Assembly: GCA_964187785.1 (NCBI GenBank)
Contig: OZ076413.1
Coordinates: 48,794,001 to 48,858,000 of the forward strand
DNA length: 64,000 nt
Direction: 5' to 3'
DNA from: Amphiscolops sp. MND2022
Taxonomy: Eukaryota
Part shown: in pieces, positions 1 through 9,633 of the stretch
Position numbering within the stretch: position 1 is the stretch's first letter
How the letters are laid out: each line of letters begins with the position of its first letter
The notes under the pieces: generated by a model
Told to the model about the DNA's origin: nothing
Database searches by the model: none
Seen by the model: only the letters and a program-made list of their open reading frames with translations
Program-made: the position numbers and the translations under genes

Positions 1-1440
1 ATGTAAAAATACGTTCTCGAGAATCGTGAATCGCAGAGTCCATTCGCTCTGATATCGAGACGAGCTTCATCTTCAGTGCAAGTTGATTTATATTCGAAGG
101 ATTCTCCTTCTAACCTCTGAAAATTCGGCTCCACCTCGACGTCGAAGCAAACGTCTTCCATTATCTTTGCGAACGTATCGCGTATTTCGTCATGTCTGTT
201 GTGAGTGTAGCATCCTTTTCCGCAGTGTAGGGAATGGGCAACAGTGAAGGGTTCACCACATGGGCATTTGACAGGTACGTTTTTTGGCTCCCAACCGTAG
301 CGCAGCGCGAGACCGTCCCGAATTTCAGACTTCGTAAGAGTGAAACCATAGCGTTTCAGTGGGAGGGCTGCTAGCCAGCTGGATGCTCCTTTTTCCGAAA
401 CAAGTGTAACTGCGTGTCGTTGTTCGTCATTCAAGTTGCATTTGACTTCTTCAAGCTTAGTTTTTATGAATTTCCTGCTTCTGTTTCTTTATCATGTTTA
501 CTGTTGAGTGTTGCTTCGCTTCAGCGGTGGTTAGATCTTCTTCATCTAGATGAGAAGTAACACCCTTTGACCACTGCAGATCGTTTCTTCTGTCTTCCGG
601 TGAAAGGATATTCAGCCCACCTTTGCTGAGCGGTAGGGAGAAAAGAGAACGTTTTGCTATAGATAACTGACCACGGCCGGTGATGTTAGGTATCAGTTTG
701 TTTCGTCGTTAAGAGAGATTCGGTGTTTTGCAGTGTGTTTTCCATGTCAGGTGTTGTTCTCGACAGGAAGGTGAGTTTGTGTTGAACACTTTTTGAAAAT
801 GCATGATAGACATTCTGTGGTGACTTTTTCGCATGTGACGCAAGTTTGTTTACAATGTTCGTGTACTCAGCGAGTTTGGAGGACTGGAAAGTGTGACAGG
901 CCTCGGACGATCCAATAACGGACCCCAGTACACGGTGTCCTCCCACTAGTTCAACATCTTCGTCTTCAAAGAGGTGTTTTGCTTTGTCAAGGGAGGAATC
1001 TTTCGTGATGAGATGGCATTTAGTGATGTTGTATCCAAATGCGGGACCGTGGAGCTTCAGTTTTTCGAAGAGATTTCGGAGCGATTCGATGCTACCGGCA
1101 ACATTGCCATCGTCAGCATACCATTTTTGAAGCACTCCTTCTTCGTTCACGAGGTCAATTAGCGGTAGAAGCGCAATGCCATACATGGACATAGCCAAAG
1201 AGTCGCCTTGAGTTGTTCCTTCTTGCGAGAAGAGAGTTTTCCCATTCACGTAAAGGTTTGAAGGTGTGCCATATGAGTTTCGGAGCGCTGTTATGATGGA
1301 TGGTCAAGTTTTCTGAATACTTTTCAGGGCCAGATCCCTATTTAGACTATTGAACGCGTTTTTAGCGTCAATCAGAAGAAACCCTTCTGACTCTGGCAGC
1401 TCGAACGTCTCACGTAGACTGTGAATGTCTCACGTAGATA
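1..1440 (-). mobile_element. Degenerate CRE-like (RLE-type) non-LTR retrotransposon fragment, RT region
   Basis: Minus-strand translation gives LLIDAKNAFNSLNR (~1330-1390), then GTTQGDSLAMSMYG and WYADDG (ORF 686-1249), the RT motifs of CRE-type elements. Frame breaks present; runs toward the window start. Confidence 0.8.
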
Positions 1441-1589
1441 ATGCTGAACACTAGTAACGCAAATTCTGATTCCTCACAACCATTGGTGAAGCAAAAGTAA
1501 CGAAAACATGCAGCCATTCTGCTGCAAATGAGTTAGGAATCTTTTTCAAAATCAACCATTCATTCGAAAATCAAAATATTGTTTTAATC

Positions 1590-1790
1590 ATTTTTTTCCT
1601 CTATCAGATATCATGGATCTCCGTCATCAATCAAGTGCCATGTGTATCATCATGTTGGGGGAGAAGATACACACCCATGGTCTGCAACGAAAGTAGGGAA
1701 CCCCATACCAGCCACTATCCCAGTAGCAAACTGAAACAACCAACAAACTATTCATACCGGCCACTATCGCAGTCGACAGGTAGAATTTTC
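1590..1790 (-). repeat. 3' UTR/poly(A) end of the CRE family seen at 25350-26928
   Basis: Matches 25365-25565 (tatcagatatc...tcatcaatcaagtgccatgtgtatcatca...gaaagtagggaaccccataccagcc); A-rich tail on the minus strand at ~1590-1600. Confidence 0.7.
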
Positions 1791-2116
1791 TTTTCGAAAG
1801 TTTTTCGAAAGTCATTTCTAGTCACCATGACGCAGTTATTAGCTTTGGTGACAAGCAGCCACATATGAATCAGCAAAGTCGCTCAAAGGAGCTGATTCTC
1901 TAACTTGAATTTTGTTTGATCAAGACATCAAAAATGCATGTCACAAGTTTCCTCTGAGTTGCGTAGGAGGGTTGTTTAGAGAACAATGTGCCCCGAATGT
2001 GAGCGAGACTACGTGGGTCAAACCATACGCCACTTACAAATGCGTATCAAGGAACACATGGCGAAGAACAGTTCTTTGGATACACTTTTGTGAATGTGAA
2101 TCCGTTCTCGTTTTGT

Positions 2117-2664
2117 GGATTCTGGACGTTTCGGCGACAATATGGCGGCGGACGTTTCGGCCACAAAGTGTCGCCGAAACGACTTTGTTGCCGAAACGTC
2201 CTCTAAAAAGCTACAAACGTTCGTTCTGGAAGCGAAAGTTCTATAATATGGGGCATATGCTGTGTATGCACGCTCGCCCTCACCGTCGCAAAGACCAGCT
2301 CCCACTACAATCGCGTCGCGATCTCCGTTCCCGCTAGGTCTTTGCTCCTGTTCGACCTTACTGAGCAAGATGGGAACATAAGCAGCCCCAAGGGGCCGCG
2401 GGGAACTAGAGGAAATGGGGACATATCCGATGCACGATTTATACTTTTCAAATGATATCTTCTATATGATGTATACAAAACCAAGTCTCCTGATAATCTA
2501 TGTTGCAACCTCCATGAAAATGTTTCCGCCCATCCTATGAAGAGACGTTTCGGTGACAGCTTTCCTCCCACCTTGTTAAGAGACGTTTCGGCGACACTTT
2601 GTTGCCGAAACGTCCAATGACACGTCTGTCGCCGAAACGTCTGTCGCCGAAGCGTCTTGTTCCC
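2117..2664. mobile_element. MITE with GG termini and 8-bp TSD (MULE-like, superfamily uncertain)
   Basis: TSD CGTTTTGT at 2109-2116 and 2665-2672. Ends GGATTCTGGACG / GGGAACAAGACG (revcomp). Subterminal GACGTTTCGGC repeats in both orientations. Confidence 0.85.
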
Positions 2665-3299
2665 CGTTTTGTAACGTCAGGCAGGGTGGGCGGAACTAGG
2701 TCGAAGGAACGGGATCGAAAATCAGAGTTAGTTCTCGGGTCGACGTACCAAATTTTTGAATGGGATCGAAACAACTCGGATCGAAAGTTTGATTTTTGGG
2801 AAACAAATCGAATGGATTCCGGACGTTTCGGCAAAAGACGTTTCGGCAAAAACATGGCGGCGGACGTTTCGGCAAAAAAATCTGCCGAATCGTCTCAGGC
2901 TAAAAACATTTGTCGAAACATTTCGTATGATATGTGGGGAAAATCCGATGTATGCACGCTCGGCCTCACTGTCGCAAAGAAACTGTCTTTGCCGAAACGT
3001 CCTGTTTCCGGCGTAAGGTCACGTATTTGATCGTCGACCTCGTTGACATCGTCTAATTTGCTTATCTGCGATGTGGACAGGCTGGCCAGCTTATTCAGCG
3101 GTACCAGGTGGTTGTGCCAATCGTTAGCTGGGGGTCGTGCCAATTCTTTGGCTGCCGAGGACCGTTCATTCTTGCCGTCCCATTTCTTCTGCGGCCTTTT
3201 GGGTGGTGGTTCTTCATCGGTCTCGGACGAACTGCTGCTCGAATCTGAAGAGCTGGATAAGTGGTGTTCACGCTGTTTCTGTGGTGTTGGATTGCGGGG
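2364..3299 (+). repeat. Long inverted repeat, arm 1 (936 bp)
   Basis: Reverse complement of 8337-9272; both end-coordinate sums are 11636, so no net indel. The 143-, 106- and 86-aa ORF translations are identical in both arms. Confidence 0.9.
2684..2813. mobile_element. Left part of the TCGA-rich MITE family (same as 26315-26667), interrupted at 2814
   Basis: GGGTGGGCGGAACTAGGTCGAAGG... is the reverse complement of the right end of 26315-26667. Related sequence resumes at ~8270-8341. Confidence 0.75.
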
Positions 3300-3512
3300 A
3301 AGTGTTCTAGGTGCAGGATTGCTAACAATTTGCTCGTTGTCTACTGGCACTTGAGCGAACAACTCAGTTGACTGTGTAATAGCAACCATTCCATTCTGCG
3401 GCGTAATAGACATCAATGTCAAATTGGCGAGGTTTGGTAACATCCCTCCGAGCTGCTTTTTGGCGGTCCTATAGAGTTGCAGAAGGGACATTTCGTCTGA
3501 GCTGATTTCCAT
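2895..3512 (-). CDS. Unknown 205-aa ORF, Ser/acidic/basic low-complexity, C-terminus running into the MITE at ~3009
   Basis: ATG at 3512, open frame, protein-like composition (SSSSDSSSSSSETDEEPPPKRPQKK, a possible NLS). No recognisable domain. Confidence 0.4.
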   Translation of the reverse strand: MEISSDEMSLLQLYRTAKKQLGGMLPNLANLTLMSITPQNGMVAITQSTELFAQVPVDNEQIVSNPAPRTLPRNPTPQKQREHHLSSSSDSSSSSSETDEEPPPKRPQKKWDGKNERSSAAKELARPPANDWHNHLVPLNKLASLSTSQISKLDDVNEVDDQIRDLTPETGRFGKDSFFATVRPSVHTSDFPHISYEMFRQMFLA

Positions 3513-3855
3513 TTCTGCCGACCGTTTGGTGCTGTTTTTTGAAGAGAAGTGATTCTATGGGTTGAAAACGATCCTTTGTGTCGTTTTGAAAAGTGGTCAC
3601 GTTTCTGACTTCTGGTGACTTCTGAAATGACTCATATGAGTCATCATACTACTACGTAATTACGTAATCATGATAAGTCGCCTCAACGCATTGTTGCCCA
3701 TCAATCTAACGGCTTGAATTATACGTTTAATATAATGTGTTATCCAAAAAAAATAAAGAATAGGTGACTAAAATTGGAATCGAAAATTTTTTTCCGATAC
3801 CCAGTGTGGGTAGGTTACAGAGATCCCCCATAAAGTAACGGAGTGTTGACATATA

Positions 3856-4050
3856 TCATGCGATTGAAACGGTTTTCTGTACTCGTTGTTCCCTGCAAGT
3901 AGGACAAAACCACTCGCCTTGAGGAGGTTTGTCAACTCCTACACACGGAAAATGAAACCATTGTATGACACAATTCGGACCGTCGCAGTCGATCATATCG
4001 GTGTTAAAAGGTCCCCCACATGTACAAAGGACCCATTGTCCTCTGACAAT
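3856..4050 (-). pseudogene. ING-type PHD finger at the C-terminus of the Gypsy integrase (frameshifted from IN)
   Basis: CTCGGPFNTDMIDCDGPNCVIQWFHFPCVGVDKPPQGEWFCPTC fits the C4HC3 pattern of ING-family PHDs. It overlaps the IN tail frame (3993-4328) and stops ~37 bp before the LTR. Confidence 0.85.
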
Positions 4051-4099
4051 TTTGGCACAGTTGGTTTGATATGTGGCTCTGATGGAAGGTAGCAAGGTT

Positions 4100-5161
4100 T
4101 AAATCTGGTTAAACTCACTCGGGTAGGGCCATTCGTGCATTGTATCAACATTGTTTTATCATTGCGTTCCAGAACAGGAAAAGAACTACTATAGGGTGCC
4201 TCCAAGGGACGCCTGGTACGATCAACTCGTAGCCAAACATGACTGCACTCCTGAAGGTCCCGAGGAACATATTGCTTGGAACCGGAATGAGGAGTCAATG
4301 GAGGTGTTGTAAATTGTAATAACTGCAAGTGCGTGGCCAGTTTAGAGACGTAATCACGAGTGAAAGTTTGTCATTGTTTTTCTTTAAAAATAGTGGGAAC
4401 AAAAGCATCCGATCCGGTTACCAGTTGAAAAGGGGATATTCCCAAGGCATCGGGCAGAATTCTATGACTGAATAAAACGACCGGTAAAGCTTGAGTCCAC
4501 GGTAAAGGTGAGGCTGCTAAAGAAGCTTTAAAGTTCGATGGTACCTTTCGATTTTACAATTGGCTTGAGGGTGAAAAGGTGTAGTACGAAGACGTGCAAA
4601 ACCAAGCAATTTGGATAATTCGGCGAACAAATCAGATTCGAACTGGCGTCCTTGATCGGTATTAATGTAGAGTGGGACTTCGAACCGCGAAAACCAAGTA
4701 GAGATAAATGTTTCAGCCACGACTTCTGCGGTGATAGAACTAATGGGAGTAGCTTCTATCCAGTTTGTTGATCGATCGATGAAGGAAAGAATATAACTAT
4801 TCGGGCAATTCGACAGTGCAGGCAGAGGACCTACTATGTCCAAATGTAAATGCTGGAGACGGGCTGGATAACCTGCGGTTGATGCAGGAGGCGTTATTGT
4901 GTGTCGTGTAACTTTGCTTTTCTGACAGTGTAAACATTCCTTGCACCAACCCTTCACATCCCAAGCCATATGCGGCCAGGTGAAACGTGCTGAAATTAGT
5001 TTATTAGTTGCCTTCCCGTTCTGATGTGACATGTTGTGAAAGTTGAGGAACAATTTTCTCCGTAACTCTGGTGGAACTATTGGGCGGGGAATGAGAGTAT
5101 TATCGCAGAGTAATTTTATATCTGGTGGAACAGTAACAATTTTGGTGCCTTGACTGTACAC
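4100..5161 (-). pseudogene. Gypsy integrase (HHCC zinc motif, catalytic core, GPY/F-like tail)
   Basis: HNMSH...[40 protein letters not shown]; tail WLRVDRTRRPLEAPYSSSFPV. Contains stops and frameshifts. Confidence 0.9.
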
Positions 5162-5562
5162 CTGGCACAGTTACTCCTTAAACACCTGTGTTTGCGCTTC
5201 AGCGATTGCCTGTAAATGGAAATGGTCATAAGTTACAGCAGATACAAGTTTCGGCTGTTGTGCGCAACTCTCTTCTTCTTCAGGACGTGATAGACAATCA
5301 GCTACCACATTGCTGTCACCAGCAATGTGAACAATGTCGTCAATAAATTCCGACAAAAACGAAAACTGCCGGGATTGTCGAGGGGAGTGGTCGGTTGTTT
5401 TTCGAAAGGACGCAACAATGTGTATGTGGTCGGTAAAAACGACACAGTAACAACCTTCAATAAACCGTCAAAAGTTCTGTGTTGCGGCAAAAATTGCTAA
5501 AAGTTCTTTATCAAACACAGAATGATTGCGTTCTGCGACAGATAATTTTCGTGAAAAGAAGG

Positions 5563-7011
5563 CTAGAGGCACGTTTGTCCCTCCGTTCTATTGTCGTGTA
5601 AAACTCCGCCACTTGCTTTGTCAGAAGCTTCAGTAGTGGGAGTGAGAGTACCATCTGGAGACAAATAGTGTAACATTGTACGTTCAGAAAGTTTGTTCTT
5701 CAATAATATCAAAGCGTCATCGTGAAAGGGTTCCCAACGCAGTGGTGTGTCGATAGTCAAATTTGAAGTACAGGATGGCTGACTATCATTGAGTAACGTT
5801 TGGAGAGGTTCGACTATTTCTGCATAATGGGAAACATGTTGTTGATAAAACGAGAACTTTCCCATCATAATTCGCAAACTTTTGTAACTCGTGGGACGCG
5901 GCCATCGTTGAATAGCTTCGACTTTGTCCGCTTTGGGTTGTAAACCTTCAGCAGTAATCAAAAATCTGAGGAATTCGATCTCATTTTTCATCCATTCGCA
6001 TATCTTTATGGAGCAGCGCAGTCCGTATTGCTTCAGGCGTTCCAACACCGTTTCGATGTCTTTTAAGTGAGTCGTTATATCGTCTGATGCATTTAGGACG
6101 TCCTCCACGAAGGTGAAAACCATATCTAATCCTTAGAAAACTCTGTTCATGAAGCGTTGGAATGTTTGTCCTGACTTTCGGAGACCAAATGGCATTCGTA
6201 GAAACTCAAAAAGACCAAACGGTGTTGTCACAGCAGTTTTCTCTATTTCATCGGGATGGACTGGTATCTGATGGTATGCTTTTACGAAGTCCAACTTACT
6301 AACAACTTTTTTGCCATAAACGTTGAAATCCGATAGTTGTAGAAGGAGGTAGCAATCCCTTTTATAGACTGATTTCAATCGTCGGTAATCTCCACAAGGC
6401 CCCCAATCGTTGTGTTCCTTTTTAGGTACCATATGCAATGGGGAGGCGCATTGGCTGCATGATGGACAACATATCCCTGTTGCTATCATGGAATCGAAAC
6501 ACTGCTTGGCGATCCTGTATTTCTCAGGGCACAAACACCTCTGGCTGCCATACTGGCTTTTACCCGTCAGTTCAATACGATGTAGCGTTTGGTGTTGAGC
6601 TGTGCTGTTGAAATCAACATCACCGAAAACTTCTGCATTTTTGATCATTATTGATTTCAGCTCGTCGTTTCCGATACCAGGTATCACTGTCTCAACTTTG
6701 TTCCCAGAGACGTGGTTGCACTTTTTAAATTGAGTTGCAGTAGACAACAATGTTGTGTTATCCTTGAGGCGGCCGTTTTTGCAATCAATTGAGAAATCGT
6801 TCGTAGACAAGAAATCAATACCAAGAATATTACACGACACGTCAGCAACAAAAAAGGTATGGCTGATGCACCGTCGTAAGGAAGGGATTTTAATTGGTAT
6901 AGTAACTTCTCCGTAAACGTTCACCGCGTCACCTTTAATGGTGGATAGAACTGCGTTGGAAGGCAGAATAGTAACTGGATGGATTAAATTGGGTTTAACA
7001 ATGGAAACCAT
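5563..7011 (-). pseudogene. Gypsy protease/RT/RNase H
   Basis: ORFs 6133-7011 and 5563-6123: VADVSCNILGIDFL, HMVPKK, TPFGLFEFLRMPFGL, degenerate YxDD (FVEDVL), TEASDKASGGVL. Confidence 0.9.
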
Positions 7012-7165
7012 TGATCCTGTGTCTATAAGAAACTTTTGCTGGCTAGAATTGATAGAGGCAGCGATCTCAATGAATAAATCACCCCCAGTGCAAGCTGCTA
7101 CTACGCTAGGGGTTCCTAGTTTGACGCTGGGTGGTTTGGGGTTGCTGGTCGTGATGAAGCATCAA

Positions 7166-7945
7166 TCAACTGTGGTTTCTGACCAAGCCACTTACACCAG
7201 GGTTTACACCGCTTCGCATTAATTGCATGGAAGACGTGAAATTGGCAAATTTTTGGTTTTTGCTCGCGCTGAAGGGAAACATCCCTCCCTTTCGCTGTCT
7301 AGGATTGGGTTGAAAGCTTCTGTTCGGGGAAGCAGAATCATGTTCGGGCTTAGGATCGGGTCTTACGGCTGCTACGTGATAATCGAACCTTGAATACTGG
7401 TATATCGTATCCGCAAATTTAGCGAAATCGTCCAAGGCCAAATTATGATGTGCGGACAGGGCAACACGTGGCGTTGGGGGTAACGCTTGGAGGAATTTGG
7501 GACGTAAAAAATGGTCATCGACGGTTAAATGGCAATCTTATAATTTGCGTTTGATGCGTAGGAAACAGACTGACGGTTTTTGGCCGTCAAGGGAAATTGA
7601 ACCTAAAGCTTCCTCCAATAACTCCTGTCGACTTTTTTGGTAGATTCCAATTATCTGCTCCTTTAGAGATTCGTAAGAAGTAACGTCCAGTGGGAGGTTC
7701 ATTGCGACGTCCTCCGGTAATGCGCCCATGACGTGGTGAAACATTGTTTGGGAACTGGTGATATTTGATAGTGCGAATTGAGACTCGAGTTGTCTGAACC
7801 AGACTTGCGGGTTGCTTCTATAGAAAGTTGGAGGTTTGATTGTTATTCTCCCCACTTGAGCATTGTTTGTGCGATCACCGCTACCTCCTTTAGATATGTG
7901 ATTATAAGCAGTGGTAGAGTCTTCCAATTGTGTTGGATCTTCCAC
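7166..7945 (-). pseudogene. Gypsy gag
   Basis: ORFs 7538-7945 and 7166-7441 with IKPPTFYRSNPQVWFRQLESQFALSNIT, a typical Gypsy gag N-terminus. Confidence 0.8.
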
Positions 7946-7960
7946 ACGTCGGTGTCACCA
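7945..7960 (-). promoter_or_regulatory. Primer-binding site, tRNA-Trp type
   Basis: Minus strand TGGTGACACCGACGTG, one mismatch from the established Trp PBS TGGTGACCCCGACGTG, 3 nt from the LTR end. Confidence 0.85.
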
Positions 7961-7963
7961 ATT

Positions 7964-8234
7964 TGTGGGGTCGAACAACAAAAAACGACTGATTCGAATG
8001 AAGGTTAAATTAATAATGAATAAATGAAAAGAAATCAACTCTATTCATACCAAATCATTGTCCCAAAGGGCAGGATTACATTCTAAACGGTACTATTAAA
8101 CCTTTCCTTTTGGACGGTGACCGTTCCTTTTGGCCGTTCTTTTTGGACGGTACCTTTCCTTTTGGCCGTTCCTTTTGGACGGTTCCACTGCTTATGGGGA
8201 AGCACTTTCCGATATCCAGTGTGGGTAGGTTACA
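7964..8234 (-). repeat. 5' LTR (271 bp) with internal GGACGG/CCGTTCCTTTT tandem repeats
   Basis: TG...CA termini on the minus strand; its first ~29 nt recur at 3791-3819. Confidence 0.8.
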
Positions 8235-8336
8235 CTGTCTTTGCCAAAACGTCCTGTTTCCAATCGAATTGCCGCAGATAGAATTTTCTAGAAAAGTATA
8301 AAACGTGTCTCAGATATGTCCACATTCCTTATTGTG

Positions 8337-9272
8337 CCCCGCAATCCAACACCACAGAAACAGCGTGAACACCACTTATCCAGCTCTTCAGATTCGAGCA
8401 GCAGTTCGTCCGAGACCGATGAAGAACCACCACCCAAAAGGCCGCAGAAGAAATGGGACGGCAAGAATGAACGGTCCTCGGCAGCCAAAGAATTGGCACG
8501 ACCCCCAGCTAACGATTGGCACAACCACCTGGTACCGCTGAATAAGCTGGCCAGCCTGTCCACATCGCAGATAAGCAAATTAGACGATGTCAACGAGGTC
8601 GACGATCAAATACGTGACCTTACGCCGGAAACAGGACGTTTCGGCAAAGACAGTTTCTTTGCGACAGTGAGGCCGAGCGTGCATACATCGGATTTTCCCC
8701 ACATATCATACGAAATGTTTCGACAAATGTTTTTAGCCTGAGACGATTCGGCAGATTTTTTTGCCGAAACGTCCGCCGCCATGTTTTTGCCGAAACGTCT
8801 TTTGCCGAAACGTCCGGAATCCATTCGATTTGTTTCCCAAAAATCAAACTTTCGATCCGAGTTGTTTCGATCCCATTCAAAAATTTGGTACGTCGACCCG
8901 AGAACTAACTCTGATTTTCGATCCCGTTCCTTCGACCTAGTTCCGCCCACCCTGCCTGACGTTACAAAACGGGGAACAAGACGCTTCGGCGACAGACGTT
9001 TCGGCGACAGACGTGTCATTGGACGTTTCGGCAACAAAGTGTCGCCGAAACGTCTCTTAACAAGGTGGGAGGAAAGCTGTCACCGAAACGTCTCTTCATA
9101 GGATGGGCGGAAACATTTTCATGGAGGTTGCAACATAGATTATCAGGAGACTTGGTTTTGTATACATCATATAGAAGATATCATTTGAAAAGTATAAATC
9201 GTGCATCGGATATGTCCCCATTTCCTCTAGTTCCCCGCGGCCCCTTGGGGCTGCTTATGTTCCCATCTTGCT
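8337..9272 (-). repeat. Long inverted repeat, arm 2
   Basis: Reverse complement of 2364-3299; left junction has CCCCGC microhomology; lies ~160 bp from the assembly gap. Confidence 0.9.
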
Positions 9273-9433
9273 AAGCGAGGTCGAACAGGAGCAAAGACCT
9301 AGCGATAACGGAGATGGCGAAGCGATCGAAGTGGGAGATGGTCTTTGCGACGATGAGGGCGAGCGTGCATACACACATATGCCCCACATTATGATAGTCA
9401 ATCGACTTGAGGCAAACAAAGAACGTTTTCGAC

Positions 9434-9633
9434 NNNNNNNNNNNNNNNNNNNNNNNNNNNNNNNNNNNNNNNNNNNNNNNNNNNNNNNNNNNNNNNNNNN
9501 NNNNNNNNNNNNNNNNNNNNNNNNNNNNNNNNNNNNNNNNNNNNNNNNNNNNNNNNNNNNNNNNNNNNNNNNNNNNNNNNNNNNNNNNNNNNNNNNNNNN
9601 NNNNNNNNNNNNNNNNNNNNNNNNNNNNNNNNN
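9434..9633. other. Assembly gap (200 N)
   Basis: Run of N. Confidence 1.

Larger units (their letters stand above)
3791..8234 (-). mobile_element. Degenerate Ty3/Gypsy LTR retrotransposon (gag-PR-RT-RH-IN-PHD)
   Basis: 5' LTR 7964-8234 (TGTAAC...CACA on minus strand); tRNA-Trp PBS; gag TFYRSNPQVWFRQLESQF; RT GDYRRL...KLDFVKAYHQIP; integrase HHCC and core; only ~29 bp of the 3' LTR survives (3791-3819). Confidence 0.92.
2814..8261. mobile_element. Composite MITE-ended unit with 8-bp TSD, containing a short MITE, an unknown ORF and a Gypsy element
   Basis: AATCGAAT at 2806-2813 and 8262-8269 flanks GGATTCCGGACGTTTCGGC...AAACGTCCTGTTTCC. An internal MITE right end lies at ~3009. Confidence 0.7.

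Noticed and set aside
1840-2110. Possible FLYWCH/MULE transposase remnant on the minus strand
   Set aside because: Only a vague NGFTFTK similarity; no consistent frame.
2117-3009. GACGTTTCGGC/GCCGAAACGTC repeats as a CRISPR array
   Set aside because: Repeats are only ~11 bp, occur in both orientations with irregular spacing, sit inside TSD-bounded MITE arms, and no cas genes are present; the context is eukaryotic.
1912-3030. ORFs rich in LLPKR/SPKR/GRFG (and copies at 8606-9274)
   Set aside because: They are translations of MITE subterminal repeats, open on both strands.
2364-9272. DIRS/foldback element with inverted terminal repeats
   Set aside because: The interior is a DDE-integrase Gypsy with its own LTR and PBS; no tyrosine recombinase; the arms cut across unrelated elements.
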